From: Escherichia phage inny
Strand: one strand, 5' to 3'
Length of the DNA: 64,000 bases
Sequence record: MN850601.1
Shown: positions 18,071 to 28,418 of the stretch, in pieces
Position numbering within the stretch: position 1 is the first letter of the stretch
How the letters are laid out: every line of letters starts with the position of its first letter
Made by a program: the position numbers and the translations under genes
Notes under the pieces: model-generated
What the model saw: the letters and a program-made list of their open reading frames with translations, nothing else
Databases searched by the model: none
What the model was told of the DNA's origin: nothing

Positions 18071-18940
18071 TTATTTTAATTTAAGTAAATACTTACCGTA
18101 GTCTGTTTTACTTAAAACCTCTCCAGAACTTTTTACAGAGTCTAAAGTAATCCATTCATTTTTAAAAGCAATCTCTTCCAGGCATGCAACCTTCATACCT
18201 TGTTGCTTTTCTATTGCATGAACAAATTGAGATGCTTCCATAAGACTTTCATGTGTTCCTGTATCCAGCCAAGTGAAACCTCTTCCTAGTTTACAGACAC
18301 GTAAAGCCTTTTCTTTCCAGTACATCTCATTTATATCTGTAATCTCTAACTCCCCTCTAGCAGAAGGTTTAACGCTTTTAGCTTTCTGTACAACAGAATT
18401 ATCGTAAAAGTACAAACCTGTGATTGCATAGTTGCTTTTTGGTGCTTTTGGTTTTTCTTCAATACTCACCACTGTACCTTCAGAATCAAACTCAACAACA
18501 CCAAATCTTTCAGGATCATTTACGTGATACCCAAAAATATTAGCTCCACCATTCTTTTCAATATGTTCTTTAGCAGAATCTAAAATGCTACCAAAACTCT
18601 GACCAAAGAATAAATTATCACCTAGCACAAGTGCTACAGAATCTTCACCAATAAAGTTCTCACCAATAATAAACGCTTCTGCTAAACCTCTTGGGCTATC
18701 CTGTATTGCATACTGTAGGGAAATACCAAAAGAAGAACCATCACCTAGAAGATTTACAAAATTAATTTGATCTTCTGGTGTTGTAATTATTAGTATTTCC
18801 CTAATTCCAGAAAGCATTAGGACAGAGAGTGGATAATAAATCATAGGCTTATCATAAATTGGTAATAGTTGTTTACTAACCCCTTTAGTAACTGGGTAAA
18901 GTCTTGTTCCACTACCACCTGCTAAGATAATACCTTTCAT
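18071..18940 (-). CDS. rmlA: glucose-1-phosphate thymidylyltransferase
   Basis: [39 protein letters not shown] nearly identical in pattern to enterobacterial RfbA/RmlA. Confidence 0.9.
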   Translation of the reverse strand: MKGIILAGGSGTRLYPVTKGVSKQLLPIYDKPMIYYPLSVLMLSGIREILIITTPEDQINFVNLLGDGSSFGISLQYAIQDSPRGLAEAFIIGENFIGEDSVALVLGDNLFFGQSFGSILDSAKEHIEKNGGANIFGYHVNDPERFGVVEFDSEGTVVSIEEKPKAPKSNYAITGLYFYDNSVVQKAKSVKPSARGELEITDINEMYWKEKALRVCKLGRGFTWLDTGTHESLMEASQFVHAIEKQQGMKVACLEEIAFKNEWITLDSVKSSGEVLSKTDYGKYLLKLK

Positions 18941-18948
18941 ACTCCTCC

Positions 18949-19938
18949 TTAAACTTTATTTTCCCACCACTCTTTGTTATCTACATACCAATCAACGGTT
19001 GAATAAAGTTTTTCTTCAAATGTGCCTTTAGCTTTCCACCCTAATTCCTTTTCAATCTTATAAGGATTCACTTCGTATCTTAAATCATGTCCAGGTCTAT
19101 CTGTAACCATTTCAATGAGGCTACAAGCATCTGTTTCAGATGGATACACCGCATCCATATAATCACAAATCATATAGATTACATCAATATTAGTTCTAGG
19201 GTTTCTGCTCCCAATATTATATGTTTCTCCAGATTTGCCTTTAGTTACTACTAGGTGTAATGCTTCTGCGTGATCGTCAACGTATAACCAATCTCTTACT
19301 TGAAGACCATTGCCATAAACAGGGATTGGTTTATGCATCAAGATATTTGTTATCGTTTTAGGTATTAGTTTTTCTGGATGATGATATGCTCCAAAATTAT
19401 TTGAACAATTTGTTATAACTGTCGGAATACCATAAGTACGATGCCATGCTCTTACCAAATGATCGCTTGCAGCTTTAGATGCAGCATATGGACTACTTGG
19501 TTTATAAGGATTCTGTTCTGTAAACGGATAATCCCCTTCTTCCATATCACCATACACTTCATCTGTTGAAATATGATGGAACATTTTAAGATTTGATTTA
19601 TCTCCCATTAAACGAACAGCCTCTAGAAGATTAAATGTTCCAACAATATTTGAATTTATAAAAACACTCGGTGATGCTATTGAATTATCTACGTGACTCT
19701 CTGCTGCAAGATGCATTATATAATCTGGATTAACATCTGCCACAATCTTAGCAGTTAACTGCGCATTTGTCAAGTCAACACGACAAAACTTTACATTAGG
19801 TGTTTCTGATAAATTTCTAGGGTCTGAAGCGTAACCCCATTTATCTATAACGTAAATATCATTCTTAGTATTTTTAGCCAGGAAACGAACTACTGCACTT
19901 CCAATAAAGCCTAAACCACCTGTTACTAAGTATTTCAT
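18949..19938 (-). CDS. rmlB: dTDP-glucose 4,6-dehydratase
   Basis: [21 protein letters not shown]-binding motif; SDR-type YxxxK region; size 329 aa as RmlB. Confidence 0.9.
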   Translation of the reverse strand: MKYLVTGGLGFIGSAVVRFLAKNTKNDIYVIDKWGYASDPRNLSETPNVKFCRVDLTNAQLTAKIVADVNPDYIMHLAAESHVDNSIASPSVFINSNIVGTFNLLEAVRLMGDKSNLKMFHHISTDEVYGDMEEGDYPFTEQNPYKPSSPYAASKAASDHLVRAWHRTYGIPTVITNCSNNFGAYHHPEKLIPKTITNILMHKPIPVYGNGLQVRDWLYVDDHAEALHLVVTKGKSGETYNIGSRNPRTNIDVIYMICDYMDAVYPSETDACSLIEMVTDRPGHDLRYEVNPYKIEKELGWKAKGTFEEKLYSTVDWYVDNKEWWENKV

Positions 19939-20135
19939 TTAGTCTCCTTCCAATTATTCCCTTCAGTAAAAATAATACCTTCATAAAACAACCATCTGGA
20001 ACCTTTTTCAACAGGAACAGGAATCTCTTCTTCAGTAAAGTTATAAACCTCTCTAGCATCTTCTAAAAGTGATGCAAATGTTTTTGGACTTACTGTTACG
20101 CGAGGAGCATTGATCAGTTGATCTAGCATCATTCT
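19935..20135 (-). CDS. hypothetical protein (about 66 aa)
   Basis: ORF track 19935-20225 trimmed to ATGATG preceded by AAGGAGG RBS. Confidence 0.4.
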   Translation of the reverse strand, partial: RMMLDQLINAPRVTVSPKTFASLLEDAREVYNFTEEEIPVPVEKGSRWLFYEGIIFTEGNNWKETK

Positions 20136-20145
20136 ACTATCCTCC

Positions 20146-20472
20146 TTACCAAACGTGTTGAGAAATAATAGTTTCCGTTTCAATGTTATATTTTTCAAGA
20201 AGTTGTGCATAGGCTTCTTTTGCATTTTTATTTAGTTGCTCAAGATCTACAGCTATACTTCCTTCGCCACCTTCTAAATAAATGCCATATATGCAATAAT
20301 ATTCATCAGCATCATAGAAAGGAGAGATACGGCTTAAATCAAGACCTTCTTGTAAGAACCAATTAAAATCTCCATCAAATTCTTCTTCAATTCTAGGATC
20401 TTCTCCTACAGCCTCTTCCCATTTATTAAAAGGTGCACCCTGTAACATACGCCATGCAATATCAACCCCCAC
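20146..20472 (-). CDS. hypothetical acidic protein (108 aa)
   Basis: ORF track; GTG start preceded by GAGGAGGAAG. Confidence 0.4.
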   Translation of the reverse strand: MGVDIAWRMLQGAPFNKWEEAVGEDPRIEEEFDGDFNWFLQEGLDLSRISPFYDADEYYCIYGIYLEGGEGSIAVDLEQLNKNAKEAYAQLLEKYNIETETIISQHVW

Positions 20473-20608
20473 TATCTTCCTCCTCTTCTTTTTCTTCTGT
20501 ATGAACGAAACCTAAGCCGTTACAATTCCAACAAGGAATAAATTGTTCCATACTAACAATAAAATTCCCAGTACCCCCGCAGATAGGACAAATACTTACA
20601 TCATCCAT
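20462..20608 (-). CDS. small zinc-finger protein (48 aa; CPICGG...CWNCNG)
   Basis: Hand-translated; two CxxC pairs; ATG 2 nt after upstream stop; below ORF-track cutoff. Confidence 0.35.
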   Translation of the reverse strand: MDDVSICPICGGTGNFIVSMEQFIPCWNCNGLGFVHTEEKEEEEDSGG

Positions 20609-20610
20609 TA

Positions 20611-20817
20611 TTAAAGCTCCTCAATCTTTTCTAACATCTGTTTTAACTCATTCTCTGTTAACAGAATTTCTGTGATACCATCATAAGTTTCTACCATCAG
20701 AGTAAAACATTTTTCCCCATCTGAACACACAAAAGCGCCACCTTCATCTTCTGTTAAGTCAGAATTAATATCTACATCAACAAAATCAATCATCTTTTTC
20801 TCCTTTGATAATTTCAA
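20611..20817 (-). CDS. hypothetical acidic protein (68 aa)
   Basis: ORF track. Confidence 0.4.
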   Translation of the reverse strand: MKLSKEKKMIDFVDVDINSDLTEDEGGAFVCSDGEKCFTLMVETYDGITEILLTENELKQMLEKIEEL

Positions 20818-21004
20818 ACTTGGCTACACCATTAACTATAATATGACCGCAAGACAGAACTCCTAGCCAATGATCACCATTCTTTTTTAAACGTTTACCG
20901 TAAACATCACAGAAACCATTCTGCAATTCGGAAGCCTCGTAAGAGGCTCCCTTTTCGAAAACGTCTTTGAAGTCAGAAATTAATCCAACACAAAGTAGTT
21001 TCAT
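20786..21004 (-). CDS. hypothetical protein (72 aa)
   Basis: ORF track; start overlaps nrdB stop. Confidence 0.4.
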   Translation of the reverse strand: MKLLCVGLISDFKDVFEKGASYEASELQNGFCDVYGKRLKKNGDHWLGVLSCGHIIVNGVAKFEIIKGEKDD

Positions 21005-22089
21005 TAAAAATCTAACTCCTCATCGTCACTTACATCTTTATTTGCTGAATTCAGTTTGTAAGCTGTAATTTGGATCTCCTGTGCTGCTGCTTGAATTTGA
21101 TCTGGATTTAACCAAACATCCATCCAAGGCAGTGGACTTTTCTTCGGTGCACGGAATTTGTGTTTCATTTTCAGTCTGCGATAGATAGGCGCGGCATTGA
21201 AGTAAACCCAAAGTTTGAACAACTCTGCGTTACCACCAACGATAACCCTTCCTTCACTAAACAGATAGTCACACCAATCTTCCTCTTGTCCAACTACCGT
21301 ATCAAGAATTTCTGTCAGAACGTCGATATTGTCTTCGTATACTTTTCTCCAAACAGGATCTTTCAGCAGTGCATCAATAATAGCATAATCCATTTTAACG
21401 TGCAATAGTTCATCCAACATAATTTTTTGAATGAGTTTAGCTGCACCTACAAACAATTGCTGCTCTGCTAAGGCAAATGTTGCAGCAAAAGAGGAGATGA
21501 ACTGAATACCTTCCAGACCGATAAGTGCAATCATTCCTTTCAGGATTAGTAGACGAAGGTTATCATCCTTCTCAATCAGACCTAGAGCATATTTATGTCC
21601 TGCCTCTGCCAGATCACTCATTATCTCTTCAACTATACCCATCCTCTGGAAGATTCTTTCATTCTCCATGATCTGATCGATAACTTCATTTGGATTAGGG
21701 ATACACTGACGAATAATTTCAGAATATGTCAAAGCGTGTAAAACTTCCATTTCTGATTGCTTCATCATCATTGCACATGCTTCGTTGTTGCTTAAAAATG
21801 GTGCAAACAAAGTGATGATTGATTTAGCAAGTGAATCATTTTCCCATTGGAAAGATAGGTTTTTGATCATAACATCATAGTTGCTTTTAGAACAAGCTAC
21901 GAAATCTTTTCGTGTCTGATCTAAGTTTACTTCGTTTTCATCCCAATCTTGCTGTTTTTGTAGTTTGTACAGACGATGCATTTCTGGGTATGTTACGTTA
22001 ATAGAATCAAAAATACCTAACTGTTCTCCCAAAAATACAGGGTAGAAACCTTCTTTGTAAGTGTCGTTGTATAAATTAATTGCTGCCAT
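21004..22089 (-). CDS. nrdB: ribonucleotide reductase class Ia beta subunit
   Basis: Size and ferritin-like pattern; paired downstream of NrdA; EGIQFISSFAATFALAEQ helix typical of R2. Confidence 0.85.
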   Translation of the reverse strand: MAAINLYNDTYKEGFYPVFLGEQLGIFDSINVTYPEMHRLYKLQKQQDWDENEVNLDQTRKDFVACSKSNYDVMIKNLSFQWENDSLAKSIITLFAPFLSNNEACAMMMKQSEMEVLHALTYSEIIRQCIPNPNEVIDQIMENERIFQRMGIVEEIMSDLAEAGHKYALGLIEKDDNLRLLILKGMIALIGLEGIQFISSFAATFALAEQQLFVGAAKLIQKIMLDELLHVKMDYAIIDALLKDPVWRKVYEDNIDVLTEILDTVVGQEEDWCDYLFSEGRVIVGGNAELFKLWVYFNAAPIYRRLKMKHKFRAPKKSPLPWMDVWLNPDQIQAAAQEIQITAYKLNSANKDVSDDEELDF

Positions 22090-22411
22090 TTAAATCCTCC
22101 ACAATATCACACATTGCTTTTATTGTATCAATGTGTTCTCTCTCCATACCATTCTCTATGTAAGCCTTCTCTAATGCGTTCCATACACTCTTTGTGAGTA
22201 GTACAGTAACTTCTCCCTCATATCTTGCCCTGGTTAAAGCATACCAGGTAGCTTCGGGATCATTGGAAGCCCATATTTCAACACTGGAAAATTGAAAACC
22301 TGCAATATAATGACAACACCAATCGAATGTAAAATCTTTACTATCTACCAGTGTATAATTGCCCCAACGCCTTTGTGGTGTTGCCCCAGGTAATACAACT
22401 AATGTAGGCAT
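22076..22411 (-). CDS. hypothetical protein between nrdA and nrdB
   Basis: ORF track 22076-22453 trimmed to ATG (MPTLVV) with AAGGAGG RBS. Confidence 0.45.
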   Translation of the reverse strand: MPTLVVLPGATPQRRWGNYTLVDSKDFTFDWCCHYIAGFQFSSVEIWASNDPEATWYALTRARYEGEVTVLLTKSVWNALEKAYIENGMEREHIDTIKAMCDIVEDLNGSN

Positions 22412-22419
22412 ATTCCTCC

Positions 22420-22444
22420 TTAAGAAATGGGGGACAAAGCCCCC
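22420..22444 (-). terminator. hairpin/terminator-like element downstream of nrdA
   Basis: GGGGG-ACAAAG-CCCCC hairpin followed on - strand by ATTTCTT; overlaps RBS of next gene, may attenuate. Confidence 0.4.
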
Positions 22445-22452
22445 TAGCTTCA

Positions 22453-24714
22453 TTACATCTTACAAGCCTCACAACCGGATTCTTCATCCTCTTGAGCGAG
22501 TGAGGTTGCTGATTTTGTTCGACTATTTAGATAGTACAAAGATTTACCACCAAGTTTTGCAAACTGAAGGATATATTGCATTTCTGATTTAATGGATAAA
22601 CGACCACCTTCCATCTTAGAATAGTCAATCCACTTGTCACATGATGCACCTTGATCTAAGAATTTAGTCAATAGTCCATATGCTTCAGCCATATCTTTAT
22701 CTGGCGTATCCCAAGCCGATTGGTAAATATCTTTTAGTTTATCGTAATCTGGCACAATAAACAAGACATTACCTTTTTGGCTTTGTTTATAAACTATAGT
22801 ATCACGTACAGGATACACAGAGTTAGTCGTATTACTTACAAGACTACTAGACTCATTCGGAGCAATAGCTGCTAATACACTATTTCGGATACCACCTTGT
22901 GCAATTATATCTTGTCGTAAACCTTCCCAATCCATTTTAAGTTTAAAATTGCCAATATCGTCTACAGCTTTAGCGTAGGTATCAATAGGCAACCATCCTT
23001 CAGGCCATTTGGTTTTATGCATCCATTCTGCATTACCTTTCTCTTTTGCCAAACGAAGAGAAGCTCTTGCTAACCAGTAATAATGTCTTTCTGCTAATTC
23101 GTGAATTAGTTTTTTGCCGTAAGGATCTGAATAAGTAACAAAATTACTTGCCAGATAATGTGCCAGGTTTGTAATACCCACACCGATAGACCTACGTGCT
23201 TTAGCAGTGATTTCGTTATGTTTAAACGGATACTGCATTGTTTCAATAACATTATCAATAGTTAGAACGGTATAATATGCAACATCTTCATATTCTTCTG
23301 GTGTAACGCGACCAGCTACAATAGAAGACAGGAAGCATAATGCCAATTCTTGATCTTCTGTATTCTCACCTGTGAAAAGATCAGTCATACTGTGAAATGC
23401 TTTCGTAGGTAAGAAAATTTCTTGGCACAAGTTTGACTGATAAATAACATCCTTAAACGGAGTATGCTTATTAGCATTATCCGCAAAGAACATATAAATA
23501 CGTCCTGTCTCTGCTCTTTGTGTAATAATTTCTGCCAGAAGATCTCGTGCTTTTACAAACTTCTTCTTAATTCGTTTGCGACTAACTTTTTCATATACTT
23601 CTTCAAACTCTTCCTCGCTTTTATAAAGCGCCTCATAGAGTTCTGGTGCTTCGTCATAACTGACTAGCATCCAATCTTTACCTTTTGCTGCACGGCGCAG
23701 GAAAGCATTGTTTACTACAATAGAGTAATCAAGTTTATCTACTCGTTTTTCACTAACAGTAGTTGGGTTTTTCAAACGTACCAGATCTTCAAAATCAGGT
23801 TCTAATATTGTAAACGTTACTGTTGCACTTCCACCACGACTTGCTTGTTTTGATGCTCCAACACTTGTTTCCATCCATTTCAGATATGGTAAAAGACCAC
23901 CGTGAACGATACGGTTGTTCTTAACACCTTGTCCTGTAGCACGGGTTTGGAGGTTAACACCAATACCTGCATTATTCAATGTATACTCATGAGCAAGATA
24001 GTTAGCAATTGCTAAAGATTCTGCTGTATCGTCTGCTCTAAACAGACAACAAGAAGCACTACCTTTAATCTTAGTACGCAAAGTTGTTAAATAAGGTGAT
24101 GGTAAATTAATCTTAAGATCACTTACGTAGGTATATAGACGTTTAATGTCTTCTACTCTGCGATCTTTTGGTTGGATTTCCATTACCTTCATTGCTACAC
24201 CAATGAATAAAAATTGTGGTGATTCAAAAACCACATCATTGATCGCATCTTTCACAAGATACTTATCAACCATCTGGCGCAGTACGGAATAACCATAAGT
24301 TAGGTTTTTATCATGATTGATAATTTTACCAATCTCAATAATTTCTTCTTCTGTATAATCCATTTTCCCCCAATAGCCTTTACTTACAGACATATTGTAG
24401 AAATCCAGGAGGGAGGGGATATTGTGATATCCCCCATGAGCCTGTTTATAGATCATACCAAGAAGTAACCGACCTGCCATATCACTATATGCCTGATCTT
24501 TCTTATCAATACATGCTGCTATCATAGCTTTATGTAAATCACGAGTAGGCACACCGTCGTAACAACGTTTAACAGCTTCGAGTTCAATTTCAGACCAATT
24601 TAATTTACCAGCAGCAAACTCTGACCATTTACGAAGTTTTTCTGGATTAAATTCTTCTTTCTTGCCGTTTGTTTTTGTTACATAACGGATAGATTTGCTT
24701 AGATACTGAGTCAC
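22453..24714 (-). CDS. nrdA: ribonucleotide reductase class Ia alpha subunit
   Basis: 753 aa; conserved blocks NxCxE-like SNLCQEI, C-terminal CEACKM redox cysteines, GGIRNS as in NrdA. Confidence 0.9.
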   Translation of the reverse strand: MTQYLSKSIRYVTKTNGKKEEFNPEKLRKWSEFAAGKLNWSEIELEAVKRCYDGVPTRDLHKAMIAACIDKKDQAYSDMAGRLLLGMIYKQAHGGYHNIPSLLDFYNMSVSKGYWGKMDYTEEEIIEIGKIINHDKNLTYGYSVLRQMVDKYLVKDAINDVVFESPQFLFIGVAMKVMEIQPKDRRVEDIKRLYTYVSDLKINLPSPYLTTLRTKIKGSASCCLFRADDTAESLAIANYLAHEYTLNNAGIGVNLQTRATGQGVKNNRIVHGGLLPYLKWMETSVGASKQASRGGSATVTFTILEPDFEDLVRLKNPTTVSEKRVDKLDYSIVVNNAFLRRAAKGKDWMLVSYDEAPELYEALYKSEEEFEEVYEKVSRKRIKKKFVKARDLLAEIITQRAETGRIYMFFADNANKHTPFKDVIYQSNLCQEIFLPTKAFHSMTDLFTGENTEDQELALCFLSSIVAGRVTPEEYEDVAYYTVLTIDNVIETMQYPFKHNEITAKARRSIGVGITNLAHYLASNFVTYSDPYGKKLIHELAERHYYWLARASLRLAKEKGNAEWMHKTKWPEGWLPIDTYAKAVDDIGNFKLKMDWEGLRQDIIAQGGIRNSVLAAIAPNESSSLVSNTTNSVYPVRDTIVYKQSQKGNVLFIVPDYDKLKDIYQSAWDTPDKDMAEAYGLLTKFLDQGASCDKWIDYSKMEGGRLSIKSEMQYILQFAKLGGKSLYYLNSRTKSATSLAQEDEESGCEACKM

Positions 24715-24725
24715 TTCCTCTCCTA

Positions 24726-24986
24726 TTAATTGTGCATGTTTAGAACATCTACATCATAACCGCCACGCATCTCATTATATAAGCCATTTGCGTATAGAAA
24801 ACCTTCAAAATGATCTATACCTTCAAAACCTTTTGCCTTTGCTTTGCGGTCTGCTTCTTGTCTTTTTGGGGATAATCTTTTAGATGTATCAAGAATAACT
24901 GTTACATTGCAACCTAATGTTTCATCAAAATAGACTTCAATTTCACAGCCTTCATATTTATTACTTTCTGTCATTTGGCCTCTCAA
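24726..24986 (-). CDS. hypothetical protein (86 aa)
   Basis: ORF track. Confidence 0.4.
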   Translation of the reverse strand: MRGQMTESNKYEGCEIEVYFDETLGCNVTVILDTSKRLSPKRQEADRKAKAKGFEGIDHFEGFLYANGLYNEMRGGYDVDVLNMHN

Positions 24987-25397
24987 TTAGAATTCAGAAT
25001 CATCATCTCGTGATGGATCATGTTCATTTCCGAAGTCTTCCATTTTGATATGAGAGCTACCCCAACCTGTAAAATCTTCTTCTCCAAAGTGCAAAATATC
25101 TACACCTTGATAGATTCGCTTATATTTATAGTCTTGTCGAACTGGGAAAGTATACAATGTAGTATTTGCAAACACCACACGTCGATTGTTGTTACTACGA
25201 ATATTAACACCACGTTCTACTGTATAATGTCCATCGGTAGACATACCAAGCATTACTAATGCTGCTCGCAATGTAGTGTTATGATACTCGTGAGGAATTT
25301 TTCCTCCGTGTTTTTTAGCCATTTCTTTCCAGATCGGTGTAGCCTTAATGGTAGACATACTTACGGTCGCCCAAATGGTTGTATTAATTAGTGACAT
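24987..25397 (-). CDS. hypothetical protein (136 aa)
   Basis: ORF track. Confidence 0.45.
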   Translation of the reverse strand: MSLINTTIWATVSMSTIKATPIWKEMAKKHGGKIPHEYHNTTLRAALVMLGMSTDGHYTVERGVNIRSNNNRRVVFANTTLYTFPVRQDYKYKRIYQGVDILHFGEEDFTGWGSSHIKMEDFGNEHDPSRDDDSEF

Positions 25398-25494
25398 AAA
25401 TTCTCCTTCTCTCTTTTAAGGAGAGCATAGCTCTCCTAACGTTAGCCTATACTACACGAATCTCAATTAAAAGTCAACTATAATTTTAAGTTGA

Positions 25495-26466
25495 TCACCA
25501 TTTTGTATGGTTAGTCAAAAGTTGACGATGTTGAATCCAACCACAGAAGTTTCCACTCCACAAACGATGTTTACGATCCATGTGTGTAATACCTTCTTCC
25601 CAAGAAGTAGGGAACGGAGGAATATTAATACCACCTTTCTGTTGTTTTAATCCTGACAAATCCATTTCTTTCATTGGTGTTGCCTGGTGTTCAAACGGAG
25701 ATGCATGTACCTTTTGTCCAGACAGCAAACGAGAATAGATATCCAATGCTTTATCTTTAGTATCATTCAATTTACGATAACTTACCTGAGCGCAACAAGA
25801 AGCTGAAATAGCTTTTGCTTCCTCTTCTGTCAACATTTTCTCGTTGGAGAAGGTTTCACCCAAGAAATAACGGATCATACCAGTTTCTGGATCTCGATCA
25901 CGATTAACGTAAGGTGTATGCCATTCCCCTGGGAAAAGAAGATATGGTTCAGAAGATTCATACAGTTTTTTAATTTCTTTAGCAAGAGCCTCAATAGTAG
26001 GATCTGCATCAGCATCTACACGCAACCACAAGAAGTTTTCTAGCTCTGTAGTGGTTACTACAGTCTTCATACGCTGGAATGGTTCTAGTAGGCGGTTTGC
26101 AACCTGTTTATGATAACCAGCAAGGGCAAACTCTTCTGCAAAACGTGCAGCACTTAGTGCAGCCAAGTCCCACCATTCTTTTGCAGTGTAACCTGCATCA
26201 ATCAGGGCATCGTGATCTGTGCCTTTATCTTGCATACCTGGTTGGTTAGCACCAAAACGATAAGGACGTGCTGGAGATTGCCGTACCATTTCAATTAGAG
26301 TTTTAACAGGGATAGCTCGACTTGATGCGGCATTACGAGAAAACAAACGATGCGTCATCAATTCAGAGTGAATGATTCGAGGATATTCAAGTTCAAAGGT
26401 AACAATATCCTTACCTTCAGATGTTTGAGAGTGTGCAATAATTTTTGCTGAAATAGAGTTTGTCAT
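25495..26466 (-). CDS. ThyX-like flavin-dependent thymidylate synthase family protein
   Basis: ELMTHRLFSRNAASSRAIP resembles ThyX RHRxxSxxxxSxR motif (first Arg replaced by Thr); sits in dNTP module. Confidence 0.55.
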   Translation of the reverse strand: MTNSISAKIIAHSQTSEGKDIVTFELEYPRIIHSELMTHRLFSRNAASSRAIPVKTLIEMVRQSPARPYRFGANQPGMQDKGTDHDALIDAGYTAKEWWDLAALSAARFAEEFALAGYHKQVANRLLEPFQRMKTVVTTTELENFLWLRVDADADPTIEALAKEIKKLYESSEPYLLFPGEWHTPYVNRDRDPETGMIRYFLGETFSNEKMLTEEEAKAISASCCAQVSYRKLNDTKDKALDIYSRLLSGQKVHASPFEHQATPMKEMDLSGLKQQKGGINIPPFPTSWEEGITHMDRKHRLWSGNFCGWIQHRQLLTNHTKW

Positions 26467-26475
26467 TATTTCTCC

Positions 26476-27066
26476 TTAAGGTAGTAAAATACTTTCAATT
26501 TCTTCCCACTGATTATCTAAACCAGTGATAATTACATTAGGAAGTTTCTTTAACTCTTCCAAGTATGGATCTTCGTAAATAGTGTTGAAATATATTTTCA
26601 ACGTTTCATCTGGAAATAGGACAAGATTTTCAGCCCTATCGTCAATAGTTACGTCGCAAGGTAATAAGTATTTTTCTTTTGTTGCGAAAAAGCCATTACC
26701 AGATGTTCTACTAAAGTCCACTTTATCTAAAGATCGTGTTACGTGTCTATATTTAGAACTAAGGTGTCCACCCTTAGTGTGGCTTGCTATAGATATATTA
26801 GCTCCATTTGCAATTATACGATGAACAACATCTGTACTATTAGGTACTACTCCCATAGTATCATATAGATGTTGGTTATCCCAAAAAGAGTAAGGATCTA
26901 CACCAAATTGCTTTTTAAAATCAGGAAAATATTTCGTAATATCATAATGCACAGTCTTTTGTGTCTTATCAAACTTGATATTAGATCTACTTACCGCATT
27001 TAACCAACTCAACCATTCTATATCGGCAGGAGCTATTACTAAATCCCAATCACATACTAGACGCAT
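26476..27066 (-). CDS. HAD-superfamily phosphatase (5'(3')-deoxyribonucleotidase-like)
   Basis: ORF trimmed to ATG with AGGAG RBS; N-terminal LVCDWDLV (HAD DxDx[TV]), later IDDRAEN (motif IV). Confidence 0.45.
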   Translation of the reverse strand: MRLVCDWDLVIAPADIEWLSWLNAVSRSNIKFDKTQKTVHYDITKYFPDFKKQFGVDPYSFWDNQHLYDTMGVVPNSTDVVHRIIANGANISIASHTKGGHLSSKYRHVTRSLDKVDFSRTSGNGFFATKEKYLLPCDVTIDDRAENLVLFPDETLKIYFNTIYEDPYLEELKKLPNVIITGLDNQWEEIESILLP

Positions 27067-27613
27067 TATTTCTCCTGTTATAACATTTTCTACACATTGT
27101 TTCGTAAATGTCTTCTCCTCCAATAACAATCTGTTCTTTAGAGTCGATAAGTCTAGCATTGAAAATAGCTTTTCTTCCACATTTACAAATGCTTTTCAAT
27201 TCTGTAATTGAATCTGCTATGGCTAATAACCGTTCAGAACCTTCAAACAATTCTGTAGCAAAATCTGTTTTAAGCCCATAACAGAATACAGGAATATCGT
27301 AATTATCTACCACATCTCCAAGAATGTCAACCATATCTTTAGTTAGGAATTGTGATTCGTCCACAAATACTGCATCTACTGGATTTTCTTTAAGTTGTGT
27401 ATAAATTTCCAGCATATCTTCTTTTGTTTTAACTGGTTTTGCTTCCTCTTTAATACCTATCCTAGAAGCAATAGCACAACCAGATCTGGTATCTAAAGCT
27501 GAAGTTAAAAGAAGAACTTTCATATTTCTTTCTTTATAGTTCCAAGCTGTTTGTAGCAGATGTGTGCTTTTACCACTGTTCATCGGACTATATCGGAAAT
27601 AAAGTTTAGCCAT
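27050..27613 (-). CDS. tdk: thymidine kinase
   Basis: YSPMNSGKST P-loop, VDESQF, C-terminal zinc-binding CKCGRKA...CRKC typical of Tdk. Confidence 0.9.
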   Translation of the reverse strand: MAKLYFRYSPMNSGKSTHLLQTAWNYKERNMKVLLLTSALDTRSGCAIASRIGIKEEAKPVKTKEDMLEIYTQLKENPVDAVFVDESQFLTKDMVDILGDVVDNYDIPVFCYGLKTDFATELFEGSERLLAIADSITELKSICKCGRKAIFNARLIDSKEQIVIGGEDIYETMCRKCYNRRNNASSM

Positions 27614-27658
27614 ATTTTCTCCTCTAACGCTCCCATTTGTGGGAGCGATAATACTTTA

Positions 27659-28234
27659 TTATTTCTCTTCGTCAAGAAGAATTTTTACTATTTGTTTTCT
27701 TCGCTTACTTACTGTACTTTCTGGTGAAATTCCGCGCTTCGTTAGCCAATTTTTATCCTTTTTAGACTGGCATAAAGCTATCGCTTCCTTCTCCGCTTTT
27801 GCTTCCCTGAATGTCATATCGTGCTTGTCAGCATAAGCCAGGATAGCGTTACACTGCTTACAAACTACACGCAGGTCGTCTTCTGTTACGTACAATAGGC
27901 GTAAAACAAAACTTGGGATATCTTCATAACAGGTTAATGTACCTGCTGCATTAATATGGTCTACTTGAAAGTCTTTCATACCTCCTGTATGTCCACACAA
28001 TTCACACTTACAATTCCAAACCTGTTTCGGTTTGCCTGTTTTCTTATCTAAAACTATATTTCCATCTTTATCCAACCTATCCGCTTTAAATCGTACAGAT
28101 TGGATCTTTTTTATCTTATTCGGGTGTCTCACCCATGCTTTCCTTAAGCAACCCCTTAAATATGTATAAAAGGCTGCTTGAGTTTTCCAAGGTGTTCCAT
28201 CTCCCCAAATAACTTTAGGTTCTTTATTTTCCAA
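27659..28234 (-). CDS. HNH endonuclease (homing-endonuclease-like)
   Basis: CELCGH...DHINAAG...CKQCN matches HNH ββα-metal motif. Confidence 0.6.
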   Translation of the reverse strand: MENKEPKVIWGDGTPWKTQAAFYTYLRGCLRKAWVRHPNKIKKIQSVRFKADRLDKDGNIVLDKKTGKPKQVWNCKCELCGHTGGMKDFQVDHINAAGTLTCYEDIPSFVLRLLYVTEDDLRVVCKQCNAILAYADKHDMTFREAKAEKEAIALCQSKKDKNWLTKRGISPESTVSKRRKQIVKILLDEEK

Positions 28235-28418
28235 TAGTGCTCACCTTTTTAGCTACATAATCTCCTGGTGGAATGTTATATTTAAAGAAAAGCATACGGT
28301 CTAAACCAGCTTTACACATGTTTTCTGGGATTGTGATTGTATATAGGAGTTTATCTCCACGTTTATTGTATATTTTATATACTTCACCCTCTCCGTATTG
28401 TTTACCGTGAGAAGCCAT
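28224..28418 (-). CDS. hypothetical protein (64 aa)
   Basis: ORF track. Confidence 0.4.
   Translation of the reverse strand: MASHGKQYGEGEVYKIYNKRGDKLLYTITIPENMCKAGLDRMLFFKYNIPPGDYVAKKVSTIGK

Noticed and set aside
25405-25500. Hairpin AGGAGAGC-ATA-GCTCTCCT between thyX-like gene and downstream ORF as terminator
   Set aside because: Perfect 8-bp stem but no U-tract on either strand; left as an unannotated possible RNA structure.
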